In this document: positions 38,001 to 51,332 of the stretch, piece after piece
Position numbering within the stretch: the first letter of the stretch is position 1
Layout of the letters: each line of letters starts with the position of its first letter
Origin: Rotaria socialis
Lineage: Eukaryota
Length of the DNA: 64,000 nucleotides
Reading direction: 5' to 3'
NCBI GenBank assembly: GCA_905331295.1
Contig: CAJNYD010000074.1
Span: 310,001 to 374,000, forward strand
Notes under the pieces: model-generated
The model's database searches: none
What the model was told of the DNA's origin: nothing
What the model saw: the letters and a program-made list of their open reading frames with translations, nothing else
Program-made: the position numbers and the translations under genes

Positions 38001-41000
38001 TTTGGAAAGTTTGAACCTACACAGGAAATGGGCCTCACAGCTAGATCTTATCACATTGTGTCCAACATTCTCTACTCCTTAAGTATCAATCAACAACAAC
38101 ACTATGCTTATCATGCAACGATCAAAATGCCCTTCAAGGATATGTAGGGTATGTTAATTGCAAAATAGTATGAGATAGATGACATCCAAGTCCAAAATTT
38201 TCCCATCAGAATGTGCACTAATCCTCGTTTCCAACTTTCATTTTTCAAGAAATGCTTTTCACAAAAAAGGAATCAGATCAAATTGTGATTATTTTAATCG
38301 ATTCTTTTCGTCAAAATTGCAATAATCGATTTGAAACTCGTGACCTCGAATCGATCGAAAAGAAGAACCTTGACTACATAAGCATTTCGGAAGTTACATT
38401 TAGTAACGGTCAATAATACATATTTTACTCACGGGCTAAAACGAGTGTACTATCGCTTGCATTAAGTGGCATAAGTGCTACTGAAGGGAAACTGAAAATA
38501 GTAGCCAACCGAAAAATGCTTTTAATAGATCAGTGAACATTTTTTATCATGACAATTTACTTGAGTAAATGACAGTTTCCGAGAAGTAGGACTACGCATG
38601 AACGCATCTTCCTCTTTCGTTTCAATTAGCAGTACGTCTTAGTAATCATGCAATTTTATCATGAATTAAAATTGTTCGACTTTTTTTTTTAAATATGGTC
38701 ATTGCCATAACAACTACTTAAGCAGATCTGTCGGTGTTCTATCACGTGAAAGCCTTCATTATAAAAGCTATACAATTTTCATTTCAAAGATGAAATCGGT
38801 TTTATTTCCTGTTCTCCTCCAAAAAGGAAAATCACTGAGACAAACAACTAATTCTCTCTTGACTTAAGTTTGTTTTCTAATCAATTATTTTTATCTTACC
38901 CAAGAAATTTACAATTAACTGGTCCCACTTCCAAAACTCGTGCCGCCAATGCTTCACCTTCATTTAATGGTGGTGGTACCGTTAATTTGTCGCGTTTAAC
39001 AAAACGACACGTTATTCGTGTTGGCATACTTGCGCGTTTAGCTGGTATAATAACTCGTACACCAGAATGTCGACAGCCACGCATCGCACCACCACGAGCA
39101 TCAACCAGAAAGCTCACCAAAAATCTATACATAAATAAACATATTATATTCAATGATTAAGTAATCCGACGAAGAAAATAAAATAAAAGATATAAATTAA
39201 TAAGGAATTAATTGATTAATTAATTAATCAAGGCTGATTGACTATCTAGCAGAAATTAAAAGCTAAGCACGTGCGAACACTTACGATCGACAATGAAAAC
39301 GATCCCTAGAAATAGATATATACATATCATACACATTCCCAACAAACGCATCCATGCTTATTCAATCGAACTTCAAAACAAAAAATTGTCTAACACAACT
39401 GATTGAAACTTACCCTCCATGACGTGGTCTAGTAATGACTTCATTATCAGCCGTATATGATTGTTGTATTTTAACAGGTGTTTGTTCATGATCATGCAAA
39501 TTATCGCGACTTTCAATCCAACCATCTTTTGTTGCTAATATTGGGTATTCGCATTCGTCCTATAAATTCCAGATAAAATTATTAGTTTAAAAATATCATT
39601 TTTTTCTTAAATTTTTACTCTAATTAATGATGTTTGATGAAGTTTATTTTCTTCGGCTTCAGTCATTAGAACGCCGTCACGTAAATATTGCATATGAACA
39701 TTTGAACTGGCATCACCAAGCATATCTGAATGTACAAGTAATAAACGATTATTATTTTCCGATTTCAATGAAATTTAAGTATATTTCAGGTTGTAGCGTA
39801 GGTCATGCGAGCGCATCGGAGGATTTTTCAAAAAAAAAGAAGTAAATATTGGTTCATTCGTTTGACAGGCATAAAGCAAAACTGCAAATATACGACTACC
39901 TGTAGTCGTGTTTTGCTGATTTTTTAAATTGTTAATAGCTTTTGTCATTTCGAAATATCCGATTTCAGGATAGATTATTTCATTAGCAAGATTATATTTA
40001 TCATCTATACATAAGTTGATCATGTTTAAATACATATATATATATACATATATTTTTTTTTTACATAATCTAGTTAGAATTTTTTTCTCTAATAAAAAAA
40101 GAATATTATTTACCTCCTTCATCCTCAGAATCACTTAGCGGATGTTCTTCATGAGATACTTCTGGTGCTTGAATCTGAAAAAGACGACAAAACATATTAC
40201 TCCTTTCTTGGTTTTTTTTTTGTTAAAGAAAATCTACCTTATAACGTTCTTCAGTTGATGATTCATGTTTGCTAGAAACTGTTGTTTCAGTAACAATTTT
40301 AAGTTCTTCAACAACGGATATATAGCCAAGTCGTTGCGCAATCGATAAAGCCGTCATGCCATGCTACAAAGAGAAAAGAAAATTTTTAATTCAAGCAAAA
40401 TGCGTTCACTTGATAATCTTACTTTATTAGTTTTATTCGGTAAAGCACCCTGTTCAAGTAATAATTTAACAATCATAACATGACCTTGTTGAGCAGCTGA
40501 ATGCAATGGAGTAAACATTAGCTTTAAAATAGATTGGAAAAGAAAGATTATTAAAAAACGATCAAAATATGTTTTACTCTTACATTTGTTTCGATATTAG
40601 CGTCGGCACCATGTTGAAGTAGAAATCGCACCATATTAATTTGCCCAAAATGGCAAGCAACATGTAAACTTGTGTAGCCACTCTGAAATAAATAAATAAT
40701 TTAATTTATAGATAATACTCGAACGAACAGGCTAAGAATTAAATCGGTTTAGCTGACAAGAGAAAATCTTTTCCAAATGAAATACTGATTTTGAGTTCGG
40801 ATTTCAAGCATAAAATAGATTTCAGTGAGGAAATAAATACATCTAGGCATTTCCCTGCAGCATTATAATCTTTCTAGAAAAAAAATTAGCCTCGAGTATG
40901 GTATGTCCAAAAGTAATTGGATGATGATAATTTGATTTGAAACTTTTCTCAGAGATAACAAATTTTATATCCTGACATTTTGAGTCGAAAACAATGTTTC

Positions 41001-43606
41001 CTTTAGCAGTAATTGAATTGTATGAAATCACTCTTCGTCTGCTAGTCACCCGAGAATACAATGTTTTTATTTTCGAAATTCAATAGCTTGAGAAAAGAAG
41101 AATCTTGCGAAATTCAATTTGCGAACATTTTTTTAATCAAGTACGGATATTCGATGCATTGCTCTATCGCATATGGCAAAGTAAAATCTTAGTGAGATAA
41201 ATCTAGTACTCTGGACAAGCTTAGGCGCTGTCATTATTCGAGATTTTTAATTACCTAATCAAGCCCTCTATGGTGAATTGAGTCAAAACTCAAAGAAGAT
41301 TTTCAACTTGAGAAGATTATTTCTTGTATGATTTTATTAAATAGTGATCTATCACGAGTAAGCCTCTTAATACAAATATGAATTCATTTTATTAATTTCT
41401 CAATTTAGAATCTCTCACAGTCATATATCTATTTTCTTCAATAAGCCTTCATGCCAAGTCATTATCTTAAACATTAACAATCTAAACATCTGATTGATAG
41501 TCAAACTAGATTTCAAGAAACACCCTAATAATATACTGTCGTTCAATGAAGATAGAAATATTTATCTTACCAACGTGGGTGCATCAACAATGGCATTTTT
41601 ATCAACTAATGCTTCGGCGCATTTAACTCGATCTTCTTGTGCACATAAATGTAACGGCGTTAAATGACATTTTGAAGCTAGATTCGGATCAGCATGATGA
41701 GCTAATAGAAGATGAGTCATATCAGAATGACCATCTTGACAACTTAAATGTAACGGAGTAAAACCTCCACTTGATTGTGCATTCGTATTCGCATTATATT
41801 CTAATAACATTTCAGCAATATCATGTGTATTCTTTTTCGCAGCTATATGCAATGGCGTATAGCCATTACGTGCTGTCACATGTGGACTAGCAGCATGTTG
41901 TAATAAGAGTAACACAATATTACTATGATTATAATGAACAGCACAATGTAATGGTGTCAAATCATTCTAAAATTATAAATTGATAATGCAATAAAGCCAA
42001 AAGCCCTTTTCAGATTTTTATACTAACTTTGCCTTGACAATCTGGTTTAGCTCCTTTTTGTAAAAGAAGATTAGCAACTTTAATATTACCATATTTACTG
42101 CAAATATGTAATGCAGTAAAATTTCTCTATAGAAAACAGAACAAATAATAAATATAAAAGCAAAACTTTATTTTGAAAAGTGAATCTATACTTTAGTATA
42201 TAAATTTAAATTAGCTCCATGATCAATTAATAAACTTGCAATTTCTTCGTGTCCTTCTTTGGCTGCAATATGTAAACTTGAATATCCATCTTGCGTTATA
42301 TTATCAACATTAGCAGTAGCTTTCAATAATAAATTAACTATTTCAATATTTCCCAAACGTGTTCCTAAATGTAAACATGTTTGAGCTTCTTTTGCTTTCA
42401 TGTCAACTGATGCACCCTGACGAAGTAATGTTTGAACAATCTCAACTTGATTATTACGTGTTGCTAAATGTAATGGCGTTTCACCACGTATGGTTATTGC
42501 ATTTATATTCGCACCGTGTTGTAATAAATAAACAACAATATCATGACTACCAACGAATGATGCAACATGTAAACAAGTTAAACCGGATTCAGTTTTAGCT
42601 TCGACATCGGCACCGCTTGATATTAATAATTCAACAAGTTTTAAACGGTTCTTTTTGCATGCTATATGTAAACACGAAAAGCCATTTAATGCCTTAGCAT
42701 TGACATCGGCACGACGTTCGCATAGAAGTTTAGCAACATTATAGTTACCGCAATGAGATGCAACATGTAAAGGAGACAAATAATCCTTTAAACAAAAATT
42801 ACAAAAAAAAAACAGTATAAGAGCTATTAGCGATTAGAAAATTTAACGAACCGAACTAACATCATCGACAAGTGTAGATTTATAATAGAGTAAAATGCGT
42901 GCAGCATCAACATGATCACCTTGGGCAGCTTAAATAAGATCAATTAAATTGAAGTTAATAAAAGAAAAACAAATTCTTTCTATTTGATCTGTTTACCCAT
43001 ATGAAGAGCTGAGAGACCATTCTTTGTTTTTGCACCAAATGGAGCACCATTTTCCAACAATAAATCAACAACTTGATCATGGCCAGATCGAGCAGCACAA
43101 TGAAGAGGTGCTGAACAAATAGAATTTGTTCTTTTTATGTTTATAAAGCTACTTCACTTACTTAATCCATCTTTTGTTTTAACATCAATTTGTGCACCTT
43201 TTTCAAGTAATAATCGAACTATATTTTCTTTGCCCCATTTCGATGCCACATGAAGTGGTGCTATATTTTGCTAGAAGGACAAAAGAAAAATTATCCGTTT
43301 TTTCTGAATTTACGTCTCTCGAAAAGATAGGTAAATCAAATAAAACATGAATGATAAATTACGCTCAGTTATATCCTTCAGGCGCCACCACTCTGATTAA
43401 TGTCTGACATTGCCGGAGGCAATTTTTTTCATTTCTACATTAGTTAATACTCATTTTCTTTTTTTTTTCGTCATGGCACAAACTGTGAAATGAATCAATA
43501 TAAACATAGTCGAACGAAAATATAATTCAATATAAACACACTTGACAATTCAAGTGCAATTTCATATTCTCTTCAAGTATATATTTGATGCAAATAAAAA
43601 AAAAAT

Positions 43607-43640
<34 letters not shown>

Positions 43641-46600
43641 TCGCTTACACTAGCTGCATAATTGACATCGGCACCGCGACTTATTAATAATTGTGCAACT
43701 TCTAAATTTCCATAATGAGCCGCTATGTGTAATGGTGTAAAACCAGACTACAAAAAAAAAAGTATTCATTAAAAACATTTAATCAGTGTCTTCTTTAGAA
43801 TGAAATCGTGCATATTAATGTCTACTGTTTGTTTTTTAAACATGAAGCTATGTTGGTAAGTCGTGTTCTAACTATATCTATTCTGATTATTCGTGATAAA
43901 TTATTAATATATACAATTGGATATATGCTTACTCTGCCAAGCTAAAAAAAGACCAGAGAACAAAAACAATGAGTACAAATACAACATTAATCAATAGGAC
44001 GATTCTACCATCACCGTAAAAAAAGAGACATAATATTCGACAAAACGACAAATATCATCTAGACATTGAGAAAACAAACCTTAGTTGTGCAGTTAACGAA
44101 GCCTACACCCTATTGGTTGTTTAAAATTTTGTTAAGAAATGAAAAACTTTTATTTTCCTTTTTAAAATTCATTTATACTAACCTTGTAATTGAGGTCGGG
44201 TTGATTATCACCTTGCAGTAGTAAGGCAGCAGCTTTTGTGTCATTTTTCTTTGCTGCAATATGTAATGCTGGTAAACGAACTTTAGAGCCTTTCGAATCA
44301 TTTTCTAGAAGGATAGCAACAACGTTCTCATGTCCTTGTTGAAGACTAACAGCCAAAGGCGTAAATCCATCCTAATAAAAATAAATTATTCTTAGAAAAA
44401 TATAAAATATAAAAAAGTTACCTCGGTTGCTAAACTTTGATTAGCTCCATTAGCGAGCAGAAATTTAACCACTTCGATATGATTCTCTTCTAGAAAATGA
44501 ATTCATAAAATAGATTTTTGCGACAGACAGAAAAACAAACGAATAACATACGTGCAGCCATATACAAAGGAGAGAATCCATTTTGCGATTGACAGTTAAT
44601 ATTAGCATTGTATTTAACTAAGAGTTTAACGACTTCCTCTTGACCAGCTAATGATGCAATGTGAAGAGCTGTATTGCCTTTCTATATAAACAAAAGACGA
44701 AATGATTAATGACTTATCATTGTCACTGATAACTCAAAAACCTTTGTTGTTGCATTGACATTGGCAGCACGTGTAAGAAGTTCTTGAACAATATTTACAT
44801 GACCCTCCCTTCAATGAAATGAAATAACAGTTAAACATAGCTAGTCAAGTACAAAATGATTCAACAAACTTTGATGCTAAATGTAGTGCATTTAATCCGT
44901 TCTGTATAGAGAGAAACAGAAAAAAAAACATTTTTTCTTTTCGCTTAAACAAACATTAAAGTGACATACAGCATTACTAGTATTGATATCGATTGATGAA
45001 CGAAGGTATTCCAAAACCTTCTCAAGATTTCCTGCTCGCGCTGCTCGTAAAAAGCCCGAATTTCCATCAGACTAGAACAAAAGCAAAGCAATCAATATCA
45101 TTTAATGTTTGATATTCAATTTATATCTTGTTGAGTTTTATGGTCATAATTGATATCATAACTACTATAACAATCAACTGTGTCAATAAAAATTCAAAGA
45201 AAAAAAAAGGCATTCTTTCTTGATTATGTAATATGACAATCAATACAATAATCAAGTTTCTTTGAATATACATATGCTTCAACACATGCACGAATGTCTC
45301 GGAAGACGTAATTGATCTTCATTCTCTGACACTCATTTATATTATTTTTTCTTGACCTAACCTATAAAACAGATCTAAGTAGAAGATGATCATGAAAAAG
45401 AAAAAAAACAGGGAATCGGACACATTCATTCTTATCTTTTACAAACTTATTCTCATGAGAATTCATAAGCAACTTCTCTATTGACCTATCTGTACATCTT
45501 TTATCCGACCATATCAAATGAGTAAACAAATCGGAAATTAACGATGGAGAAAAAAAAACCTTCAATAATGCTACTTCCTTATTTATTGTTTAATGAGAAA
45601 TAAAAAAAAAAGAAGCTGAAGAAAAAGGCAATCATTTATCATTAATCGACACAGCAAGGCCTCAGATGATTCTTCGATGTTGTGAAAAATACTATTCCCC
45701 GACAGACTAACACTTGCTATTATTACTGTTGTTGTTGTTGTTGTTGATCGTATTTTCTATGACAATGTTACTCACGAAGGTGCATCGAACTTTATTCGAC
45801 AAGTGTCGACCCATAACAGCAATCTTCTCTTGAATGAAAATACGGGATTTAAATGAAGTAGTACAGGCTACTAATGGCCACGATGTGTTGTCGTAATAGG
45901 ATAGTAGTAGTAGTGAATGAAAAGGCACGGCGAGTAGAAGAGAAGAAAATGAAGGAAAGGCAAAAGAAGAAAAAAAACCTAGTGCATAATCAAGATAATT
46001 CTCTGATTTTCCTTTATGCTGATACACCCAGTATCTCCTTTTCCTTTTCCCTCTTGCTTGATGTGTATACGTAAATATATATATATATATATATACATAT
46101 TCTTTGATTGTGCATATTTATGTATATTGCACTAGCAATCAGCAAGCATAGAAAAAGGAGGAACGTTCCCCTAAAATATAACTAACACAGTAGGATAGAG
46201 AAGATTCTTACTAGGCAAAAAGAAAACAGAACAAACAATCAATAGCAGTAACAGCGTGGTTGCTAATTGAACCCATCGATAGATTCTTTCTATATCTTAT
46301 TCTTGTCTATCTAAATCCGTTCATCATATACATCGATTGAGTCGAAGAATATTGGGATAAATGCCATAAAAATAAGTATTATCAAGAAAAAGCAAGGCAG
46401 ATATATGACTGCGGGTTACAATAACTTGTTAATGAAAATAGGCAACAAAGAAAAAAAGGCCACGACATGTGTTAGTCCTCTGGTTGATTAGAGACGACCA
46501 AGACGAGTGTTAAATTATTAGATTTAAAATAAATAAAACAAAAGTTTTCCACATACCGCAGTCATCTTGTGTGAAATGAAATAATCGGCATTTGTGAAGT

Positions 46601-47933
46601 TTCTTTTTCGTGCGCCTCTCTTTTTCGTAGGTAAAGAAGAGAAACGATTAATATACGAAGAATGAAAAAGTAAAGAAAAGAAATGTACGTCTTAATGTAT
46701 GCAACTCTAGAAGCAAACAATCAATGTAGCAAGAAAGAGAAAAAAAAGAAATGTAAGACTCAAAACTTGTGGCAGCATCGCCCGTTAACCAGTTAGACAG
46801 ACAGAATCAAAGACGTGTGGATGAGACTAGTGTACACGCTTCACTATTTTTTTTTCTTATGGTCGCATTATTTTTGTGTTCTCTATTCGTTCTTATTCTT
46901 GTTGGGACGCACTTCTTTGTGCTAGAAAAGCGTGCATTTCCGTTTTTCTCTTTTTGTCATAAAAACGTTGAACACAATGTGTATGCAACATCTGGCTCGA
47001 CTAAAAGAATGCAAAGGATGATAGGACAAGCGAACACAAGAGAAAGAAAAAAAGAATTGTCTGCGTTAAAAATAAAAACTATAGAAGGATGTAACATCTG
47101 CCTCCAAAAAAAATGGAGGAAGCTAAATGTTAAATATTCAATTGTATGATAATGAGTAAGAACGACAAAAATAAAGAAAAATATCATTCATTTCATTTTT
47201 CGGCATTGAAAAAGTAACAGTCATATATAATTTATTGGAAAATATTTGTTTGGTATTTTTTTTTCTTTTCGATTTAAGAACCATTATTCATAAGTGTAAG
47301 ATGAAGATTTTTGCTTTTTTTTGTCGAGAGCATTTTTTTCTATTTTCAAGAGTCATTGAAAATCTTAACTGAATCGCCGCGCTATGCGAGCACAAATATA
47401 TATATATATATATATATAAGCATAGAGAGATGCGAAATGCAAATGTGATGCATGCACTTAAAACTATACATGGACGTATCGTCATGGGAAATAGCTATCT
47501 ACGTTGTATGCGAACAGAAAACAAATGACAATTTTGAAACTCTTGTTTTGTTCTCGTGCTATTCTCATTTAATAGAATTAATGGTATACTGTTAGAAACA
47601 ACGCTGTTGTTGAACTCATTAGATGGATCGTACTTAATTGCTTTTTAATTTTCTATTGTACAGCTTACGCCATGTGTACATATATATACATTTATTTCTA
47701 CATATAATAAATACGACTTCATTTTCTCGTTTACTTATTTTTATTCATATAATACTGTCAACAATAAAATTGAAGTCATTGAAATGTTTCTTTATAAGTG
47801 TGAGTATACTCAAATGTATGATGTAATGAAAATGAAAACTATATCAAATAATGTATCAACTATATGTACATCTATTTCATAATTGTCCAGAATCACGAGA
47901 GTTCAACGTATACTTATGGTTTGATAACAAAGG

Positions 47934-47980
<47 letters not shown>

Positions 47981-50900
47981 TATGTATATAATGTGCTCTT
48001 ATTCATTCTCACTTGATGATGACGATATGGATTGTTAGGTTCAGATAATGAAGAGAATTTGATTGTTGATGGACGTGTTATTGATACTTGAAGACTTTCT
48101 TTTGTTAATACCGAGGACATGAATATACGACGAATTTATTCTAGTAGTTACTTAGCCAGAATACATGACAATAGCTGTGTTATTATCTTTAGAAGCGTAA
48201 CAAGAGACGATCTGACATGTAAAAAGAAACTAGTTGATAGAAAACAAGTAGTTTTCTCTCTATCGTTCTGTTCTTTCACAGTTTCGATAGCGATTCTGCT
48301 TAACGCATTGAAAGATCGTTAATAATCATCTGTCATCATCTGTTGGCATCAGACAAGTACAGGCTAGTCACAGGACCATTCTTTTTATTCTTCATTTTTT
48401 TTGCTTCTTCTTTTCTCATTTTCTTCATATATTTCTTTTTTTCTTTGCTCCAAAACTTCCCAGTTGGATTAGACAACAACTGTTCGTAAGACCTTAGGAG
48501 CCATGTTCCGGTTGCTCCGAACAGTAACTAAAGCTAAAAATTGAAATGGGAACAAGAAAAATGAGGCACGATGATGACGATTACAATACAATGTGATGAT
48601 GACGAGAAAAAATAATGACTATAGTGAGCAATAACTCACATAATTTCATTACAAGCTCTTTCTTTATTATTGTGTTAGTCAGGAGAAAACCGTCTATCGA
48701 TCGCACGATCATTTCTCTTCTATTCAATTAGATATAGAAAAAAAAAACTGCAAGGCACGAGGCCAAAAAAGTCTATTTTACTCAGAAATAAAAATATTCT
48801 GATCTATACACCTCACGATATATAGAATCAATTACAGCAGTAGCACACTTTGAATTACAAAAAAAAAAGGAAACTCATTGAAACAAGTCCAAATTCCATC
48901 ACAGAAACTATAACCAGAGACATGCGATGAGATACAAATGTATGCATGTATACATTAAATTAGCTATCATCACTTACTGTCGATGAGCTTGATTTCGAGT
49001 GGGTCATCTATGCGAATAAGTAGAATAAACTGCCGCGTCGATATTTTAAATGCAGCAAAAATGATCGACAATGTCGTGTATGCACATTTCATTGAGTATA
49101 GACAATTTAGTTCTTTTTTTATACTTAATGAAAGTAAAAGCGAATAGAGAGAACGAGAGACAAAGAGAAAAATGGACTGGCATATGTACGTATGTGTTGA
49201 GCTACGGTCGTTCTCTCGTTTCTTTCTGTGTCAGTATTATTTACTGGGATGTCCTCGCTTGCCAATTCTCTCTCTCTCTTTATCGTTGTGTCCTCGCCTA
49301 TCGTATAGCAAAACGAAGCGAATATACTTCTTGCCTTGCCAATAATCCTTCTCGTTATAGTACATATGATGTAGCGAACAACAGAACACGATATAGAACT
49401 CGATGTATACGAATATACTCACATGCAGACAAGATCATGTCATAGAACAACATTTATCCACAAAGACCTCAAGAAAAAAAACTGACTCATCTGGAAAAAG
49501 GGCAACAATGATTTTTCTTGACGTAAAAAGACAACAAGACACAAACATCTAATTGGAGGGCCCCACATTTATATACAATCATCACACGCGAAGGACTATC
49601 ATCAATCAATCAATCAACTAATATCTTGCATTTATACATATATATGCCTATGTACTCGTATACTGTCCGTAGCAATTCAATCTACATATTGACAATTGTC
49701 AATAACAATATAGAATAACAATATAAGCATAACATACATATGGTAGATATATTAATTAGACAACTATTCAATCTATTATAAACTCCGGCTATCTATAGAA
49801 TTTCAAGTATTATTTCCGATGTAATCGGAGATAATCATATCTAATTAGTAGACAAAAGCTGTTAGTGCAATCCATCTGGGATTAAAAATATGAAACACGA
49901 CATAATCACTGCAGAAAATTACATAGAGATAGTGTATTCAAGGGAGTCCTCTGTTGATTTTGAGAGACAGCTCGTTCGCCGCTACCAGTGATAATCTGCG
50001 CAAGGCTGGAAAAGCGTCTCTGATGCTCTGTGCTAGGTCTGAAGACCGTCTGTCACGGTCCGTGATGGGTAAATTACCTGTCGGTAACGGTCTGTGGGGG
50101 GGGGGGGGGGGGGCGGCGAGGGATGGGTGCAAAATTTCTACCCTAAACACTTCAACACTCCTTTCAGATCGTGCTTCACAGAAAAAGAAAACCATGAAAT
50201 AAATGATTGAATATTTGTGCATCTATTTTAGTTATTTTATTTGTTAATTCTATTATTTTATCTCGTTTTAATTTTTATAAAAACAAAAATGTCAGAAATG
50301 ACATAGTCAGACTCGATTATAGACATTTGATTAAAGCCAGTTGTTTCCTTGTTCCTTTGTTCCAGTACAAGTAAAAACTGCATAGGAAATCGATCTAACA
50401 GCGATAATACAAAAAATCTATGAGAAAAACTTTGCTTTATATGAGAAAAAAAAATTTGTATGAATTATAAATATTAACTGAAAAAAAGAAGTATTGAAAA
50501 TATTCATAATAGAATTTTTTTTCCAAGGTAATTTTTTTTTATTGTCTGAAAGAGAAACTGAAAATTACTCTGAGCAAATAAATAACTCGTGTTCCGTCAT
50601 ATTCACTATAAAATTTTATTATGCACATTTTTAATTGTTCATTTTGTATTTAAAACAAAAGGAAAAATGGTTTTATAAAAATTTAATTTTCTTGCCAATC
50701 TGTGTTTTCGATAATATCTAATAATGTAAAAATTTAATTTAGAGATATACTAGAGAGTAAATCAATTTTTTACGAATAAGTAAAAATTTACACTTCTGTC
50801 TTATCAAGGTTGTTATTATAATAACAAAAGCGCTTTTCAAGTACACGATGATTTACTTTGAAAATATACTTTTAGTTTGAGTTTTGAATGATATTTATTC

Positions 50901-51332
50901 AATTGAAATGAATCGTATAATACTAAAATAAAATATTTTTCTCATGCTGTTATTCAAGCTGATGTAAGTAAGAACATATGAGACTTTTATATATCCAAGG
51001 AGAATAGAATATCAGACGATAAACAAATGGATTATGTATACTTTATATAGATTAACATACGAATATTCGACCTTAATATAAAATTTCTTCATGATTTAAA
51101 AACAAAAACTGTTAGTCTCAAAAGAAAGCCTTCTAAAATGTACTTGCTATGTGTAATCAAGTCAAGCAAAAAACTTTAATATTCATATAATAAATAATAA
51201 AACAATTTCTGTCTAAGATAGTAATGCAAAACGAAGAAAACATTGTAAAAATAATATTATTTTTACCACTAAATTGGTAGTTTTGGTTGTTGGAGCAGTA
51301 GTGGTTGCCTGCTGTTCTATGTTCATGACCAT
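12134..51332 (-). CDS. ANK: Giant ankyrin (unc-44/Ank2-type), multi-exon, longest isoform about 8,000 aa
   Basis: Colinear, phase-compatible exons encode ANK repeats ([23 protein letters not shown]...), ZU5-ZU5, UPA, a death domain and then large acidic low-complexity exons. The 5' limit is the most distal candidate first exon. Confidence 0.93.
17468..29195 (-). CDS. ANK: Giant exon (~11.7 kb, ~3,900 aa), E/S/D/Q-rich, with one frameshift near 19319
   Basis: Acceptor tttgtag before 29195 and donor gtaagt at 17467. ORFs 19243-29205 and 17432-19108 join if one base is restored near 19319. Confidence 0.8.
22350..26200 (-). repeat. Coding tandem repeat, ~4.5 units of 846 bp (282 aa); one unit is 864 bp
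   Basis: Anchor ga(a/g)actag (LVSQQQ) occurs at 22709, 23555, 24401, 25265 and 26111, giving spacings of 846, 846, 864 and 846. Confidence 0.97.
30851..32596 (-). CDS. ANK: 1,746-nt S/T/P-rich large cassette exon of the ankyrin tail
   Basis: Open frame bounded by a ccag acceptor and a gtagaa donor; phase 1 at both ends. Confidence 0.8.
34925..35689 (-). CDS. ANK: Ankyrin death domain (exons 35486-35689 and 34925-35091)
   Basis: [24 protein letters not shown]...LRYW...[22 protein letters not shown]. Confidence 0.93.
35935..39124 (-). CDS. ANK: Ankyrin spectrin-binding ZU5-ZU5-UPA module
   Basis: [71 protein letters not shown]. Confidence 0.97.
40238..45071 (-). CDS. ANK: Ankyrin membrane-binding domain (ANK repeat exons)
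   Basis: Many G.TPLH.A repeats across short exons. The common exon 44970-45071 starts in phase 0. Confidence 0.97.
45776..45814 (-). CDS. ANK: Candidate alternative first exon of ankyrin: [13 protein letters not shown]
   Basis: ATG, 13 codons, phase-0 donor gtgagt. Confidence 0.6.
46557..46565 (-). CDS. ANK: Candidate alternative first exon of ankyrin: MTA
   Basis: caagATGACTGCG|gtatgt, phase 0. Confidence 0.45.
47935..47972. repeat. (TA)n microsatellite
   Basis: Direct reading. Similar tracts lie near 43615-43640, 46074-46094, 47395-47417 and 52856-52876. Confidence 0.95.
48013..48120 (-). CDS. ANK: Candidate alternative first exon of ankyrin: [36 protein letters not shown]
   Basis: 36 codons followed by phase-0 donor gtgaga. 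Confidence 0.65.
48978..49007 (-). CDS. ANK: Candidate alternative first exon of ankyrin: [10 protein letters not shown]
   Basis: 10 codons followed by phase-0 consensus donor gtaagt. Confidence 0.6.
49937..50200. mobile_element. GC-rich inserted fragment with a poly-G tract, probably a transposon remnant
   Basis: Abrupt rise in GC content against very AT-rich flanks, a long G run at ~50096-50113 and short hairpins. No terminal repeats or target duplication identified. Confidence 0.4.
51267..51332 (-). CDS. ANK: Candidate distal first exon of ankyrin: [22 protein letters not shown]
   Basis: 22 codons followed by phase-0 donor gtaaaa. Confidence 0.6.

Noticed and set aside
39755..39840. Second HINE-like copy (CCGATTTCAATGAAATTT...GGATTTTTCAAAA)
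   Set aside because: Only short AT-rich similarity to 4440-4520, squeezed between two ankyrin exons; could be chance.
45362..47485. Further ankyrin first exons ([14 protein letters not shown]..., MTIRPCI)
   Set aside because: Donor sites are weak or ambiguous.
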